Shown here: positions 49,797 to 59,699 of the stretch, piece after piece | Layout: each line of letters starts with the position of its first letter | Position numbering within the stretch: position 1 is the first letter of the stretch | Origin: Candidatus Poribacteria bacterium | GTDB lineage: Bacteria > Poribacteria > WGA-4E > PCPOR2b | Length of the DNA: 64,000 nt | Reading direction: 5' to 3' | NCBI GenBank assembly: GCA_965218095.1 | Contig: OZ244587.1 | Span: forward strand, 4,448,001 to 4,512,000 | Program-made: the position numbers and the translations under genes | The notes under the pieces: model-generated | The model's input: the letters and a program-made list of their open reading frames with translations, nothing else | Database searches by the model: none | What the model was told of the DNA's origin: nothing

Positions 49797-50738
49797 GTGA
49801 AAATGATTCAATCACTCCCGCTATATGATGAAACGATCAGTAGTGCTGCTTCATGCACGACAGGGAAAAAATCCGTTCAATACTCCCCCACGCGCCGCCA
49901 CCCGCCGTGGATTCGGTCAAGGGTTCCATCTGGCCCCAACTATGCCGAGCTCAAGCGCCTGATGCGTGATCTTGAGCTACACACCGTTTGCGAGGAGGCA
50001 CGTTGCCCAAATATCGGCGAGTGTTGGGAAAGCCGGTCCGCCACCTTCATGATCTTGGGCGATGTCTGTACCCGTCGCTGCATGTTTTGTGCAGTCACCA
50101 AAGGAAAACCGGAGGGCGTCGATTTCGATGAACCGCAGCGGCTCGGCGAGGCTGTCGGCTACCTGAAGCTGAAGCACGTTGTGATCACTTCCGTCAACCG
50201 CGATGAGCTTCCCGACGGTGGTGCAAGCATCTTCGCGGCGTGCATCCGTGAGTCGCGTCGGCATAGCCCCGGCTGCACAGTCGAAGTCCTCATCCCAGAC
50301 CTTGAAGGAAATTGGGACGCCCTTGCCGCGGTCGTCGAAGCCAAGCCTGACATTCTCAATCATAATACGGAGACGGTGCCGTGCCTCTATCGTAGGGTTC
50401 GCCCACAAGCCAACTACCAGCGAACTTTAGACCTACTGCGCCTTGGCAAAGAGATGGACCGGACGATGCTGACGAAATCCGGCCTGATGGTGGGTTTAGG
50501 GGAGAGCGTCACAGAATTGCTGCAAACTATGCAGGATATCCGCGATGCGAATTGCGATCTTTTGACAATCGGACAGTACCTTTCGCCGACATCGCGGCAT
50601 CTGCCGATTAAGCGGTATTACACCCCGGCGGAATTTGAGGAGCTCAAAGAAGCTGGGATGGAAATGGGATTCCGCTATGTGGAATCTGGTCCGCTCGTTC
50701 GGAGTTCTTATCATGCACGAGAACAGGCACGACTCTAA
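49797..50738 (+). CDS. lipA: Lipoyl synthase
   Basis: CEEARCPNIGEC, CTRRCMFC, RSSY. Confidence 0.97.
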   Translation: MKMIQSLPLYDETISSAASCTTGKKSVQYSPTRRHPPWIRSRVPSGPNYAELKRLMRDLELHTVCEEARCPNIGECWESRSATFMILGDVCTRRCMFCAVTKGKPEGVDFDEPQRLGEAVGYLKLKHVVITSVNRDELPDGGASIFAACIRESRRHSPGCTVEVLIPDLEGNWDALAAVVEAKPDILNHNTETVPCLYRRVRPQANYQRTLDLLRLGKEMDRTMLTKSGLMVGLGESVTELLQTMQDIRDANCDLLTIGQYLSPTSRHLPIKRYYTPAEFEELKEAGMEMGFRYVESGPLVRSSYHAREQARL

Positions 50739-50786
50739 ATTGTCTCGAAAGAGGGAAAGGAAAGCTGCCGATACAGTAGGGATGGC

Positions 50787-51841
50787 TCAAAGCGATGTTT
50801 TAACGTCCTGCAGATCTGAATCAACCTCAATCATCACCTTCACCCCCGACAGACCAATAACCGTATCGAACCCCTGTTTCGTCTCATCAAGGGGAAATCG
50901 GTGGCTGATCAATGCCTTGACATTCACCGTTCCATGTTTAATCAGTTTGAGGGCAGTGGTGAAATCGTGGCTACCGGTGAGGTTGAGCTGTTTGTAGTGA
51001 ATCATATTCGCATCCACGCTGAGGATTTGAGGCGGATAAAAGCCTGCAAAGAGGTTAACCGTGCCGCAGATTCCCACCATTGCAATACCGATCGCCGCCG
51101 CTTTGGATGTGCCGACAACGACAACGACCGCGTTTGCGTCTCGTCCTTCCGTGAGGTCATGTACAGCTTCAACAGCAACCTCGTTTGAAGCATTGATTAC
51201 ATCGTCTGCGCCAAGCGCTTTGGCTTTTTCAAGTCGCGCCGGAATTCGATCGAAGGCAATTACCCGGGCGCCGAGATGTTTGGCAAGTTGGACGTGCATC
51301 AGCCCAATCTGCCCTGTACCGACCACGACGACATCGTCACCTGCGCGGATATTGCTCCGGTTGACGCCGTTTAAGCAGCAGGCAAGCGGTTCAGTGAAAC
51401 TGGCTTCCTCATACGACACATTGTTAGGTATCCTCCGCAAGTTCTGGGGGATTGCGCAGCCGTATTCACAGAATCCACCCGCCACGAATCCGAGTCTCAG
51501 GTTGCTGCAATAGTTAAAAATTCCCCTTCGACAATAGTAACCAAAGGTTAGTAACATCCCCCGCAGATGACCCGCCAATCTGCTACAACCCGATCTCCGG
51601 GCTGAAACCCTTCGATCCCTTTTCCAACGTCGACAATCTCCCCCGTCCACTCATGCCCCTGAATACGGGGGTAATCGGAGGTCTGCTGTGCCCCGGTGTA
51701 GAAACGGACGTCGCTTGGGCATACGCCACAGGTCTTGATCTTGATCAACGTTTTTGAACCATCAATTGACGGCGTGTCTGCATCCCCGACGCGCAGATCA
51801 TGAGGCGCATAGATCCATGCTGCTTTCATTTTGTCCGGCAT
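50787..51841 (-). pseudogene. Zn-dependent alcohol/polyol dehydrogenase, frameshifted by a 14-bp insertion
   Basis: CGVCPSD, GHE, CxxCxxC, EPLAC, GTGQIG; insertion lies within 51535-51555. Confidence 0.88.
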
Positions 51842-52071
51842 CAGATTTTCCTCAACCCCTATCCAGAAATTGTACAATGATATGGAATGTCTGTTAGATC
51901 TATTTGACAAAGTTTGACAGATATGATATGATTAACTTGCTCTATCGGGCTAGAAACATCAGCGTTTTGACTAGCCCCGGCTTATTAATTAAAATACTTG
52001 AATCATCCGCTCAAGTTGGTTGAAAAGAGGTTTGAAGTGCCAACGTTAATTTAGACCAGAAATCATCAAAG

Positions 52072-52920
52072 TTAAGACAAGTGTTTTTGCTCAAATTCAA
52101 CTGGCGTCAAATACCCTAACGCCGAGTGAGGTCGTTTCTGGTTATAAACCTGTCCAATAAAATGACCGATTCGCGCTCTGGCATCCATTATATCATCGTA
52201 GTCATTGAGATGGACCTCTTCCTCCTTGAGGGTTCTTATCAGCCTCTCAGCATAGCCGTTCTCCCACGGACGCCCCCAATGCGCTAAGGAAATCTCAACC
52301 CCATGACCAATAAGCGTGGAAATATAGGCTGTCGGAAGATACTCAACTCCCTGGTCGCTATGATGAATTTCTGGAATGCTTTGGCTTAATGCCTGTTGCA
52401 ACGGTCTTAATGTGAGAGGTTGTGTCAAGTGCCGACTCATCTGCCAACCTCTTATCATTCGGGTCAAGACATCGATTAACACCGAAACATAGACGAATTG
52501 TCCTTTGAGTCGGACATAGGTGATATCACCGACCCAAACTTGATTGCTTCGACAGATGTCAAGATTCTCAACCCGATTGACCGATTGACCAACACAGTCA
52601 AACGATTGGGTGGTTTGACTGCCACATTTTACGGCGACCCACAGATTATCCGCTTTCATCAATCGGGCGATGCGTCGGTAACCGACCGTGTATCCCATAC
52701 GCAACAGCAACTGCGTGATACGCCTATAGCCATATTTCGGATAACGGGCAGATAGTTTTTCGATTTCATCTCGTAGCACTAGCTCTAAGGGGTCGCTTTT
52801 AGATTGATAATAGAGACTGCTCTGATTGAAGCCGAGAACCTCACAAATGTGTCGAACCGAGTAATCGGTCTGTAAAGCCTCAACCATCTGTCGCTTTTGA
52901 AACCGATTCAAGTCAGCCAA
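52072..52920 (-). CDS. IS3 transposase OrfB (integrase core)
   Basis: WVGDITY, HSDQG, ENGYAER, RPHSALGY. Confidence 0.93.
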   Translation of the reverse strand: MADLNRFQKRQMVEALQTDYSVRHICEVLGFNQSSLYYQSKSDPLELVLRDEIEKLSARYPKYGYRRITQLLLRMGYTVGYRRIARLMKADNLWVAVKCGSQTTQSFDCVGQSVNRVENLDICRSNQVWVGDITYVRLKGQFVYVSVLIDVLTRMIRGWQMSRHLTQPLTLRPLQQALSQSIPEIHHSDQGVEYLPTAYISTLIGHGVEISLAHWGRPWENGYAERLIRTLKEEEVHLNDYDDIMDARARIGHFIGQVYNQKRPHSALGYLTPVEFEQKHLS

Positions 52921-53191
52921 GTCGAGGCTTTTTTTGGATGTCTAATGCTAGGGTCAATCGACCGAGGAGTTGCTCCAGTTGAGCAATCCGCTCTTTAGAG
53001 TCGTTGGATTGCTTATCAGTGGATTCAAAGAGAATCGCTGCGTTGTCAAGGAGTTGGTGTTTCCACTTTGATAGTTGTTCTTCGCTGAGGTTATGCTGTC
53101 GACAGAGTTGCGCTTGTGAACTTTGGTTGGTAAGTGCCTCAATAACGACTTCCGCCTTAAATTGGGGTGTGAATCTTCTTCGTTTTGCCAT
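52913..53191 (-). CDS. IS3 transposase OrfA (HTH)
   Basis: RRRFTPQFKAEVV, leucine zipper. Confidence 0.93.
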   Translation of the reverse strand: MAKRRRFTPQFKAEVVIEALTNQSSQAQLCRQHNLSEEQLSKWKHQLLDNAAILFESTDKQSNDSKERIAQLEQLLGRLTLALDIQKKPRLG

Positions 53192-53413
53192 CGGATTCTC
53201 CTTTCAATCTGACTGTCATTGTATCACAATCTTGGTTTAGACAATGGGCTAAATTTCCGATGGCAGTGCAGTTATCGAACTAAGGGTGTATCTAGCTATT
53301 GAGGCGGAATTGAATAGGTAGGGATCCCAGCAACTACGCCCTTCATCAACCAAAGCATCAAAACGAACTTCATGCGTAACTAATGCAGCGTGGCGGAAGT
53401 CCTTATACCAGTT

Positions 53414-53446
53414 AGAAACCGAGTTTTTGCCAAAAACTCGGTTTCT
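53414..53446. repeat. Perfect palindrome with 16-bp arms
   Basis: agaaaccgagtttttg-c-caaaaactcggtttct. Confidence 0.9.
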
Positions 53447-53547
53447 CCTCACTGACCAACCGGTTAATGATTTCTGCCGACGTGTACTAATTTCATAATA
53501 GAACTCTTGATGTCTAATTTAACATTGTCAAGATAGGAGGATAAAAA

Positions 53548-53805
53548 ATGACTTACGTTATCACCGAGCCCTGTATTGATGTCAAGGATACTGCTTGTGT
53601 TGATGTTTGCCCTGTTGACTGCATTCATCCAACTTTAGCTGATGACAGATTTGAAGAGGTACAACAGCTTTACATTGATCCTGAAGAGTGCATCGATTGC
53701 GCTGTATGTGAACCGGAATGTCCGGTCGAGGCGATTTTCATGGATGAGGATGTTCCGGAAGAATGGGAGCGCTTCACCCAGATAAACGCTGACTTTTTCC
53801 AATAA
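53548..53805 (+). CDS. fdxA: Ferredoxin (7Fe FdxA type)
   Basis: MTYVITEPC...CVDVCPVDC...CIDCAVCEPECP. Confidence 0.93.
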   Translation: MTYVITEPCIDVKDTACVDVCPVDCIHPTLADDRFEEVQQLYIDPEECIDCAVCEPECPVEAIFMDEDVPEEWERFTQINADFFQ

Positions 53806-53820
53806 TAACGACTTGTACTA

Positions 53821-54640
53821 GGTTCTGTTGACATTTCAAGGGAGCCATATAAGAGTGGAGACAAAGCTGAGAAATCCAAAATAACGGATAGCTAACTTCT
53901 CGAACCGAGAGAAGATGCGGCGATACCATTTTATCTTGTTAATGAAACATTCAACCCGATGTCTCTCTTTGTACAGATGTTTGTCGTAATCTCTTTGATC
54001 CACACGATGACTTTTTGGCGGTATCACCGCAATCGCTCCATTCGCCTCAATAACCGCGATAAAATTGTCGGAGTCATATCCCTTGTCTCCAATCACATAC
54101 TCGCTTTTATATCCAAGTATCAACGCTTCTGCTTCCGCTATGTCGTTTCTTTGACCGGGCGTCAGATGTATTCTTAGGGGATTACCCAGGCCGTCAACTG
54201 TGATGTGAATTTTTGTACTGAATCCCCCGCGAGAGCGACCTAACGCTTGGTTTTCAGTGCCACCCTTTTTTTTTCGGCACCTGCCGCACACGGGTGCGCT
54301 CGAATGATTGTACTGTCCACAATAAGCGACTCGATATCGGGGTCGGCGGCGAAGTGGTGGTGCATCTGTGTGAAGATACCTTTGTCGCACCACCGAGCAA
54401 ACCGCTTATAGAGGGTGTTCGATTTACCATAGGTGTCTGGCAGAAGTCTCCATTGAGCACCGCTACGGGTCGCCCAGAGAACAGCTTCGATAAAGCGGCG
54501 TGTTGTCGCTTCGTTGCCAACATAGATGTTGGGACAAGTTAGAAGAAACGAGTATATCTTTTTCCATTGGTCATCGGGTAAGGTTATTGGCATCATTCTT
54601 CTATTATGCCACAACCTTATACTCAAATGTCAACAGAACC
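53821..54640 (-). mobile_element. IS5 family copy 4 (divergent isoform, 820 bp, two ORFs with an A9G frameshift site)
   Basis: Same TIRs and TA TSD; orfA 54240-54626 and orfB 53836-54393. Confidence 0.95.
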
Positions 54641-54867
54641 TAGCACAAGTCGTTATTATATGTATTGGTCAGGAAGATGGTAGACATTATCTCCTACAAT
54701 TTGCGGCTTGGATTTGGCGAGCAAAAGTGTCGATTATCCTATTAACCATTACACTTTTTCCAATAATAACGCTCTTCAAAACCTCAAACGGGTGGTGACT
54801 GGAGCCTTGCATTCTGATTCGGCTCAAATCGCCACCCGTTTTTGAAATGTCGAAAAGTAGACCGTAA

Positions 54868-55191
54868 GTGACACCCCAACCAACCCAGATTAGGCGCCTG
54901 CCAGACGCAATTGCTGTTGAATGGTATGATGGGCATCGCAGCGAATATTCCTATCAACTGTTACGCCAGGAGTGCCCATGTGCGCGCTGCAAATCAGCAA
55001 AACCGGATAAAAACCCGCTCAGACTGTTACCTGCCAACCAGTTTTTGAAAAACCTCAAAGTCATTGATATACAGCTTGTCGGTCGTTATGCAATTCGGTT
55101 GACTTGGAATGACAGACACAAGACAGGCATCTATACATTTGAATTTCTACGCTCGCTCGACCCAACCCCAACGGAGGCACCAACAGGTTGA
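54868..55191 (+). CDS. DUF971 / GBBH-like N-terminal domain protein
   Basis: WYDGH, LRQECPCARC, VGRYA, DRHKTGIYT. Confidence 0.9.
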   Translation: MTPQPTQIRRLPDAIAVEWYDGHRSEYSYQLLRQECPCARCKSAKPDKNPLRLLPANQFLKNLKVIDIQLVGRYAIRLTWNDRHKTGIYTFEFLRSLDPTPTEAPTG

Positions 55192-55464
55192 CTACCTGTC
55201 TGCTATCAAACGGGGGAGTGATGGAGTCATCGGCTCGGTCACGGTGATGCGCCAATACACCATGACTCCAACACTCCAATGCCCTAATCCCTTGCCAACG
55301 CAGGATTCTTACGCCGAACTCACGTTATATTAGAAAGGGACAAAGACGAAGAGGGGACAGAAATGGGATCTTGACGGCAGCCATGGGCATCAATCTCCAC
55401 AATAATCGAAGAAGAGCCGATGATACGGGGCCCGGTGTTATAACCTTCCCAAGTGATTCCGTCA

Positions 55465-56352
55465 TTATCCAATGCCGATTTCGCGCAAAAAATTCCTGTT
55501 GCGCTTGGCGATAGGCATAGGCTTATCAAACGGGCAGGGATACATATCCTGTTCAACGATGGCAACCCCGTTGTAATCGACTTCCTTAAGGACCTCTGCG
55601 AAGACCCGGAAATCGACCACTCCACAACTAAGTTCGCAGAACATGTCAATCTCAACCGCCTTGGCGAAGGAAATCCCTTCCCGCCTTATCTCATCGCGCA
55701 CCTCCAAGTCTACGCTCTTGATGTGTAGATAGGGGATCCGATGATGCCATTTTCGCATAAACTCTACCGGATCACCGTCACAGTATGCATGGTGACCGGT
55801 ATCTAGACACACGTCGACCAGGTCCGTATCGGTATCTTCCAGATAGCGTTCCATCTGTTCGGTATTCTGAACATGGGTGTCGGTATGAGGGTGCAGCACG
55901 GCCTTCATACCAAAACGGTCCCTCACAATTTCGGCACAACGGTTGGTGTGATCGATAAACCGTTTCCAGCCGTCTTCATCCAGGTTGGCGGGTTGTAACT
56001 GCTTGCCCGTGAAGAGATCTGTATAGGGCAGGCCGATCAGCATATGATACTTGGCGCCGAATGCTGACGCCACCTCACAGGCCCCGATCGTTTCCGCTTC
56101 CATATCAGGCCATTTTTCAGGATTAGAAAAATCTTGAAACGTAAAGCCCGCCTCCAGACGAAGATGACGCTTCTCCAGTTCTTTGCCCAGAACATCCGGG
56201 TCGGTGGGGAAATATCCAAATGGACCAAGCTCGGTGATATCATAGCCGGCTTCAGCGCATTCATCAAGATAGCGCTCCCACGGTATCTGCTTGGGATCAC
56301 TGGGAAACCAGACTCCCCAATTGTCGGGCGCTGTACCGATATCAACTTTCAT
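55465..56352 (-). CDS. IolE-like inosose dehydratase / TIM-barrel isomerase
   Basis: PDNWGVW, ELGPFG, HPH, DTGH, VEQD; downstream of iolD. Confidence 0.85.
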   Translation of the reverse strand: MKVDIGTAPDNWGVWFPSDPKQIPWERYLDECAEAGYDITELGPFGYFPTDPDVLGKELEKRHLRLEAGFTFQDFSNPEKWPDMEAETIGACEVASAFGAKYHMLIGLPYTDLFTGKQLQPANLDEDGWKRFIDHTNRCAEIVRDRFGMKAVLHPHTDTHVQNTEQMERYLEDTDTDLVDVCLDTGHHAYCDGDPVEFMRKWHHRIPYLHIKSVDLEVRDEIRREGISFAKAVEIDMFCELSCGVVDFRVFAEVLKEVDYNGVAIVEQDMYPCPFDKPMPIAKRNRNFLREIGIG

Positions 56353-56389
56353 TGTTCATCCTCACATGGTTGGAATTTTTTGATCTTTT

Positions 56390-58274
56390 TCAGTAATAGA
56401 AACGCTGGAGTTCTTTGACTTCCTGCTCATATTGGCGGCGTAGTTTAGTTGTGACCGGATCGCCGGAAACTTCAGCCACTCCAACATCCCACCACATCTC
56501 AGAGCCTGGTGGGTAACGCTTGGCACTCGTTTCAGCCACGATCACGCATGTGCGCTTTTCGCGGCGGGCCGCACGCAGCGCTGAGCGAAGCTCTTTCTCG
56601 GTACGGACCTGCCAAGCTCGGGATCCAAAACCCTCCGCCGTTTTGACGTAGTCTACCTTGATGTAGTCCCCCTCCAGACGGTTGCTTTTGGAATCCCGGC
56701 AACGGAATTCATTACCAAAAGACCGACCTGCGCGGTGCAACTGGTGAGCGAGGATACACTGGAAGCCATGATTGTCGGCCACGATTAACGTGATTTTCTG
56801 TTTCTCCTGAAGGCAAGTTACGAGTTCCGTCGGGTTCATCAGGTAGGTTCCATCGCCCAGGAAAACGAAAACCTCACCCTTCGGTTGCGCCAATCGAGTG
56901 CCCAGCCCCGCCGGTATCTCGTATCCCATGCACGAGTAACCGAATTCCAGCAGGCACCGCCGTCGTTGGGTGGTGTCCCAGATTTTGAAGGCATTGCTCA
57001 GCAACCCACTGGAAGCACCCACCGATGAATTACCGGGCTTTGATTCCTCATACACGGTTCTGACCAGAAGGCCCTCGTTCATCGGCTCTCCCGGAAATTC
57101 GCGGTAGGCTTCACGTTTCATCTTATTCTCCCAGGCCGTTCGCTCTCGCTCGACACGTTGGAGATACTCCGGATTGGGTTTGATCCCTGCCTTTCGTGCC
57201 ACATGGGTAAGCGCCCGCAATCCGTCGCGTGCGTCGGCCAGGATGGGCAGCGCTCCGATTTTGTAAGCATCACTGGCGTTGACATTGATGTGAACAAATC
57301 GTACGCGGGGATGCTGAAACAACGCCATCGAACCAGTCGTAAAGTCGGTCAGCCGTGTTCCCACACAGATCACCAAGTCGGCACGGCTGATAACCTTGGA
57401 ACAGATGGCATTGCCCTGCACCCCTTGTGCTCCCAAGAACGTTGGCGCATCTTTGCGCATTGCTCCCTTACCAGCGATCGTTTCCCCCACCGGAATGCCA
57501 AATGTCGTTGAAAATTTGTGAAGTTCATCCCATGCGCCTGAATAAATCACACCACCTCCGGCAATGATCACGGGGGTTTTGGCCTTTGCTAACCACTGCA
57601 CTGCTTCCTCGACGTCACGTGATTCAGGCTGGTGCCGCTGAATCCGCCAAACCCTCGTTGCAAAGAAATGAGCCGGATAATCATAGGCTTGAACCTGGAC
57701 GTCCTGTGGCAGCGATAGTGTCACGACACCGGTATCAGCGGGATCGGTCAGCACGCGCATCGCTGTGGGAAGGGCTGTGAGGATCTGCTCGGGCCGAGAA
57801 ATCCGGTCAAAAAAACGGCTGACCGGCCGAAAGCAGTCGTTCACACTCAGATCACCTGACACCGGATGTTCCAACTGCTGCAGCACGGTGCCCTGGTGTC
57901 GGGTGGCATAGTAGTCCGAGGGTAACAGAAGAACCGGTAACCGGTTGATGGTTGCCCCTGCGGCTGCGGTCAGCATGTTTGTCGAACCCGGCCCTACCGA
58001 CGCCGTGCAGGCGAATGTGGACAATCTTAGCATAACCCGCTGCGGTGTGTACCTGTGATTGCTCGTTGCAGGGCTGATAGTAGGGCAAATCCTTCTCATA
58101 CTCATACAGTCCCTGTGCCAGTCCGCTGACGTTTCCATGGCCGAAAATGCCGAACATGCCTCGGATCAAGCGATGGCGTTCGTCATCCTGTTCACTGTAC
58201 TGTACGGATAAATACTTGACGATCGCCTGTCCCATCGTTAGACGAATCGTTTTTTGGTTCCCGTTTTTCGCCAT
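56390..58274 (-). pseudogene. iolD: IolD (THcHDO hydrolase, TPP enzyme), frameshifted near 58028
   Basis: RLTMGQA, GIFGHGNV, SVGPGSTN, EFGYSCMGYE, GDGTY, WWDV. Confidence 0.9.
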
Positions 58275-58445
58275 TGGTATATCTCCTGATTTAGAAATTT
58301 AAATAATTCGTTGGTTTGAGTCCCACCACAGATTGTATCCGGCCTTTTTCCCAAAAGGCCAGTTCAAGATTATATCTGCTAAAAACTCCAATTCGTATCG
58401 GCCGTAAAATAGATTCTATGGGCTCTGGAATCGACTTTACTCAAT

Positions 58446-58606
58446 TTTCAGGTTTCGGATGTCAGGGGGCGGTGAGTGGGCGAACAAGCCTGCTTCGAGC
58501 TTGGCAAAGCCGATGCCGATCCTACGAAAGACAGACGCTTGCTCGGTGGAGTCCTCTGACGGAACCAGCTCTCGTCTTACGTTTTCCTGAACACCGAAAC
58601 CTGAAA
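58446..58606. repeat. Segment bounded by inverted repeats
   Basis: tttcaggtttcggatgtcagg ... cctgaacaccgaaacctgaaa. Confidence 0.65.
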
Positions 58607-58638
58607 CCTCAAAATGGAATACAATCGCTAGTGTTCTG

Positions 58639-59577
58639 TCAACTTTGATTAGATGGAAATGATTTAAAATCGCAGATCGCGTGCCGAAAAACGACGATTT
58701 TCGATCCGTTCTCGAAAATCATCTTAATTTCGTACCGGCTAACCCAATCGACCAACCCACGAAACATTTCTCCTTCCTGCATTGTGACTGCGATTAGATA
58801 CCGATTGCGTCGGGCATGTAGAATCGCTCGCGTATTGATATCGTAACGTTTTTTTCGTTGTATAATCGGCTTTAATTTCTGCCCTTTGATCTCCTTGTTA
58901 TAGCACATGACCGATTGTACCTGTTCAGCATCCTCCGCTTTGTAACAGTATTTGACATCCGTTTTCGGAAGTTCGTGCATCTCATCTTCTCCTTGTAAAA
59001 CGAGATCGTATTTGCTGAATTCGCTAACTGTCACCGGGAGCAGTGCACGATTATACAATCCAAAAAACATGGGTGTTTGAAGCCGTATCTGCTTTTGTAT
59101 GTAGAGATCACCGAAGGTTGGTCGTTCAGCCGACCTGGACTCTGATTTTGGTTTGGGCTGCACCTTTGATTTGGAAGGGCACGGAGGGGAAGGTTTCTGA
59201 TCTGGAGAATTTTCGATCTGCTCAGATTCGGCTGTTTTGACACTGGAAGCCTCCGGATTCTGTTGGGGCGGTACAGATGACTTCACCTCAACACTGCTGT
59301 CCTGCTGTTGGGGCGGGGTATAGTCACGAGGTATAATAACCTTACCCTGGCTCAGTCGCTTCTGCTCAAGCGGGGTGAGCAGGACCTTTGCGTTCTGCGC
59401 TACAGGTCCTTGGTTGCCCATGACAACCTCATATTTGACACGCTGCCCCACATGAGCCTCATCGTATCCCCCCGTAATCGCAGATATGTGCAGAAAAACA
59501 TCAGCTTCGCCGCTATCTTGAGCGATGAACCCATAGCCTTTGTCTGAGTTATAATATTTGATTCGTCCCGTTGGCAT
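58639..59577 (-). CDS. Cold-shock domain, low-complexity linker and two Hfq/Sm-like domains
   Basis: RNP1 KGYGFI and RNP2 VFLH; P/S/Q-rich linker; two repeats aligning by eye to Hfq, the second ending VFRHAI. Confidence 0.8.
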   Translation of the reverse strand: MPTGRIKYYNSDKGYGFIAQDSGEADVFLHISAITGGYDEAHVGQRVKYEVVMGNQGPVAQNAKVLLTPLEQKRLSQGKVIIPRDYTPPQQQDSSVEVKSSVPPQQNPEASSVKTAESEQIENSPDQKPSPPCPSKSKVQPKPKSESRSAERPTFGDLYIQKQIRLQTPMFFGLYNRALLPVTVSEFSKYDLVLQGEDEMHELPKTDVKYCYKAEDAEQVQSVMCYNKEIKGQKLKPIIQRKKRYDINTRAILHARRNRYLIAVTMQEGEMFRGLVDWVSRYEIKMIFENGSKIVVFRHAICDFKSFPSNQS

Positions 59578-59699
59578 CTTTTTCTCTCCGTTGGGTTAAA
59601 GGATTTCTTACTGCAACGTAAGCGGTTTAGGAATTATATCATGCCTTGTTCCTTTTAGGGAATAAAAAAACAAGGTGGGGATGGTTTATCCTTTGCTAA

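Larger units (their letters stand above)
48715..49828 (+). pseudogene. DUF2283 antitoxin interrupted by IS5
   Basis: MAKEQ...AASHL joined to AQFIKHQMWLDYDEEVDVLYLHF...GIVLDY...LVGLTIL. Confidence 0.85.
52033..53270 (-). mobile_element. IS3 family element
   Basis: TG..CA imperfect IRs, GTT TSD; orfA 52913-53191 and orfB 52072-52920 with an A7G slippery site near 52928. Confidence 0.95.

Noticed and set aside
51901-53410. Possible ncRNA or gene split by IS3 (promoter-like site and a gggctag/ctagccc hairpin)
   Set aside because: The rejoined flanks give stop-containing frames and no recognisable RNA family; evidence is insufficient.
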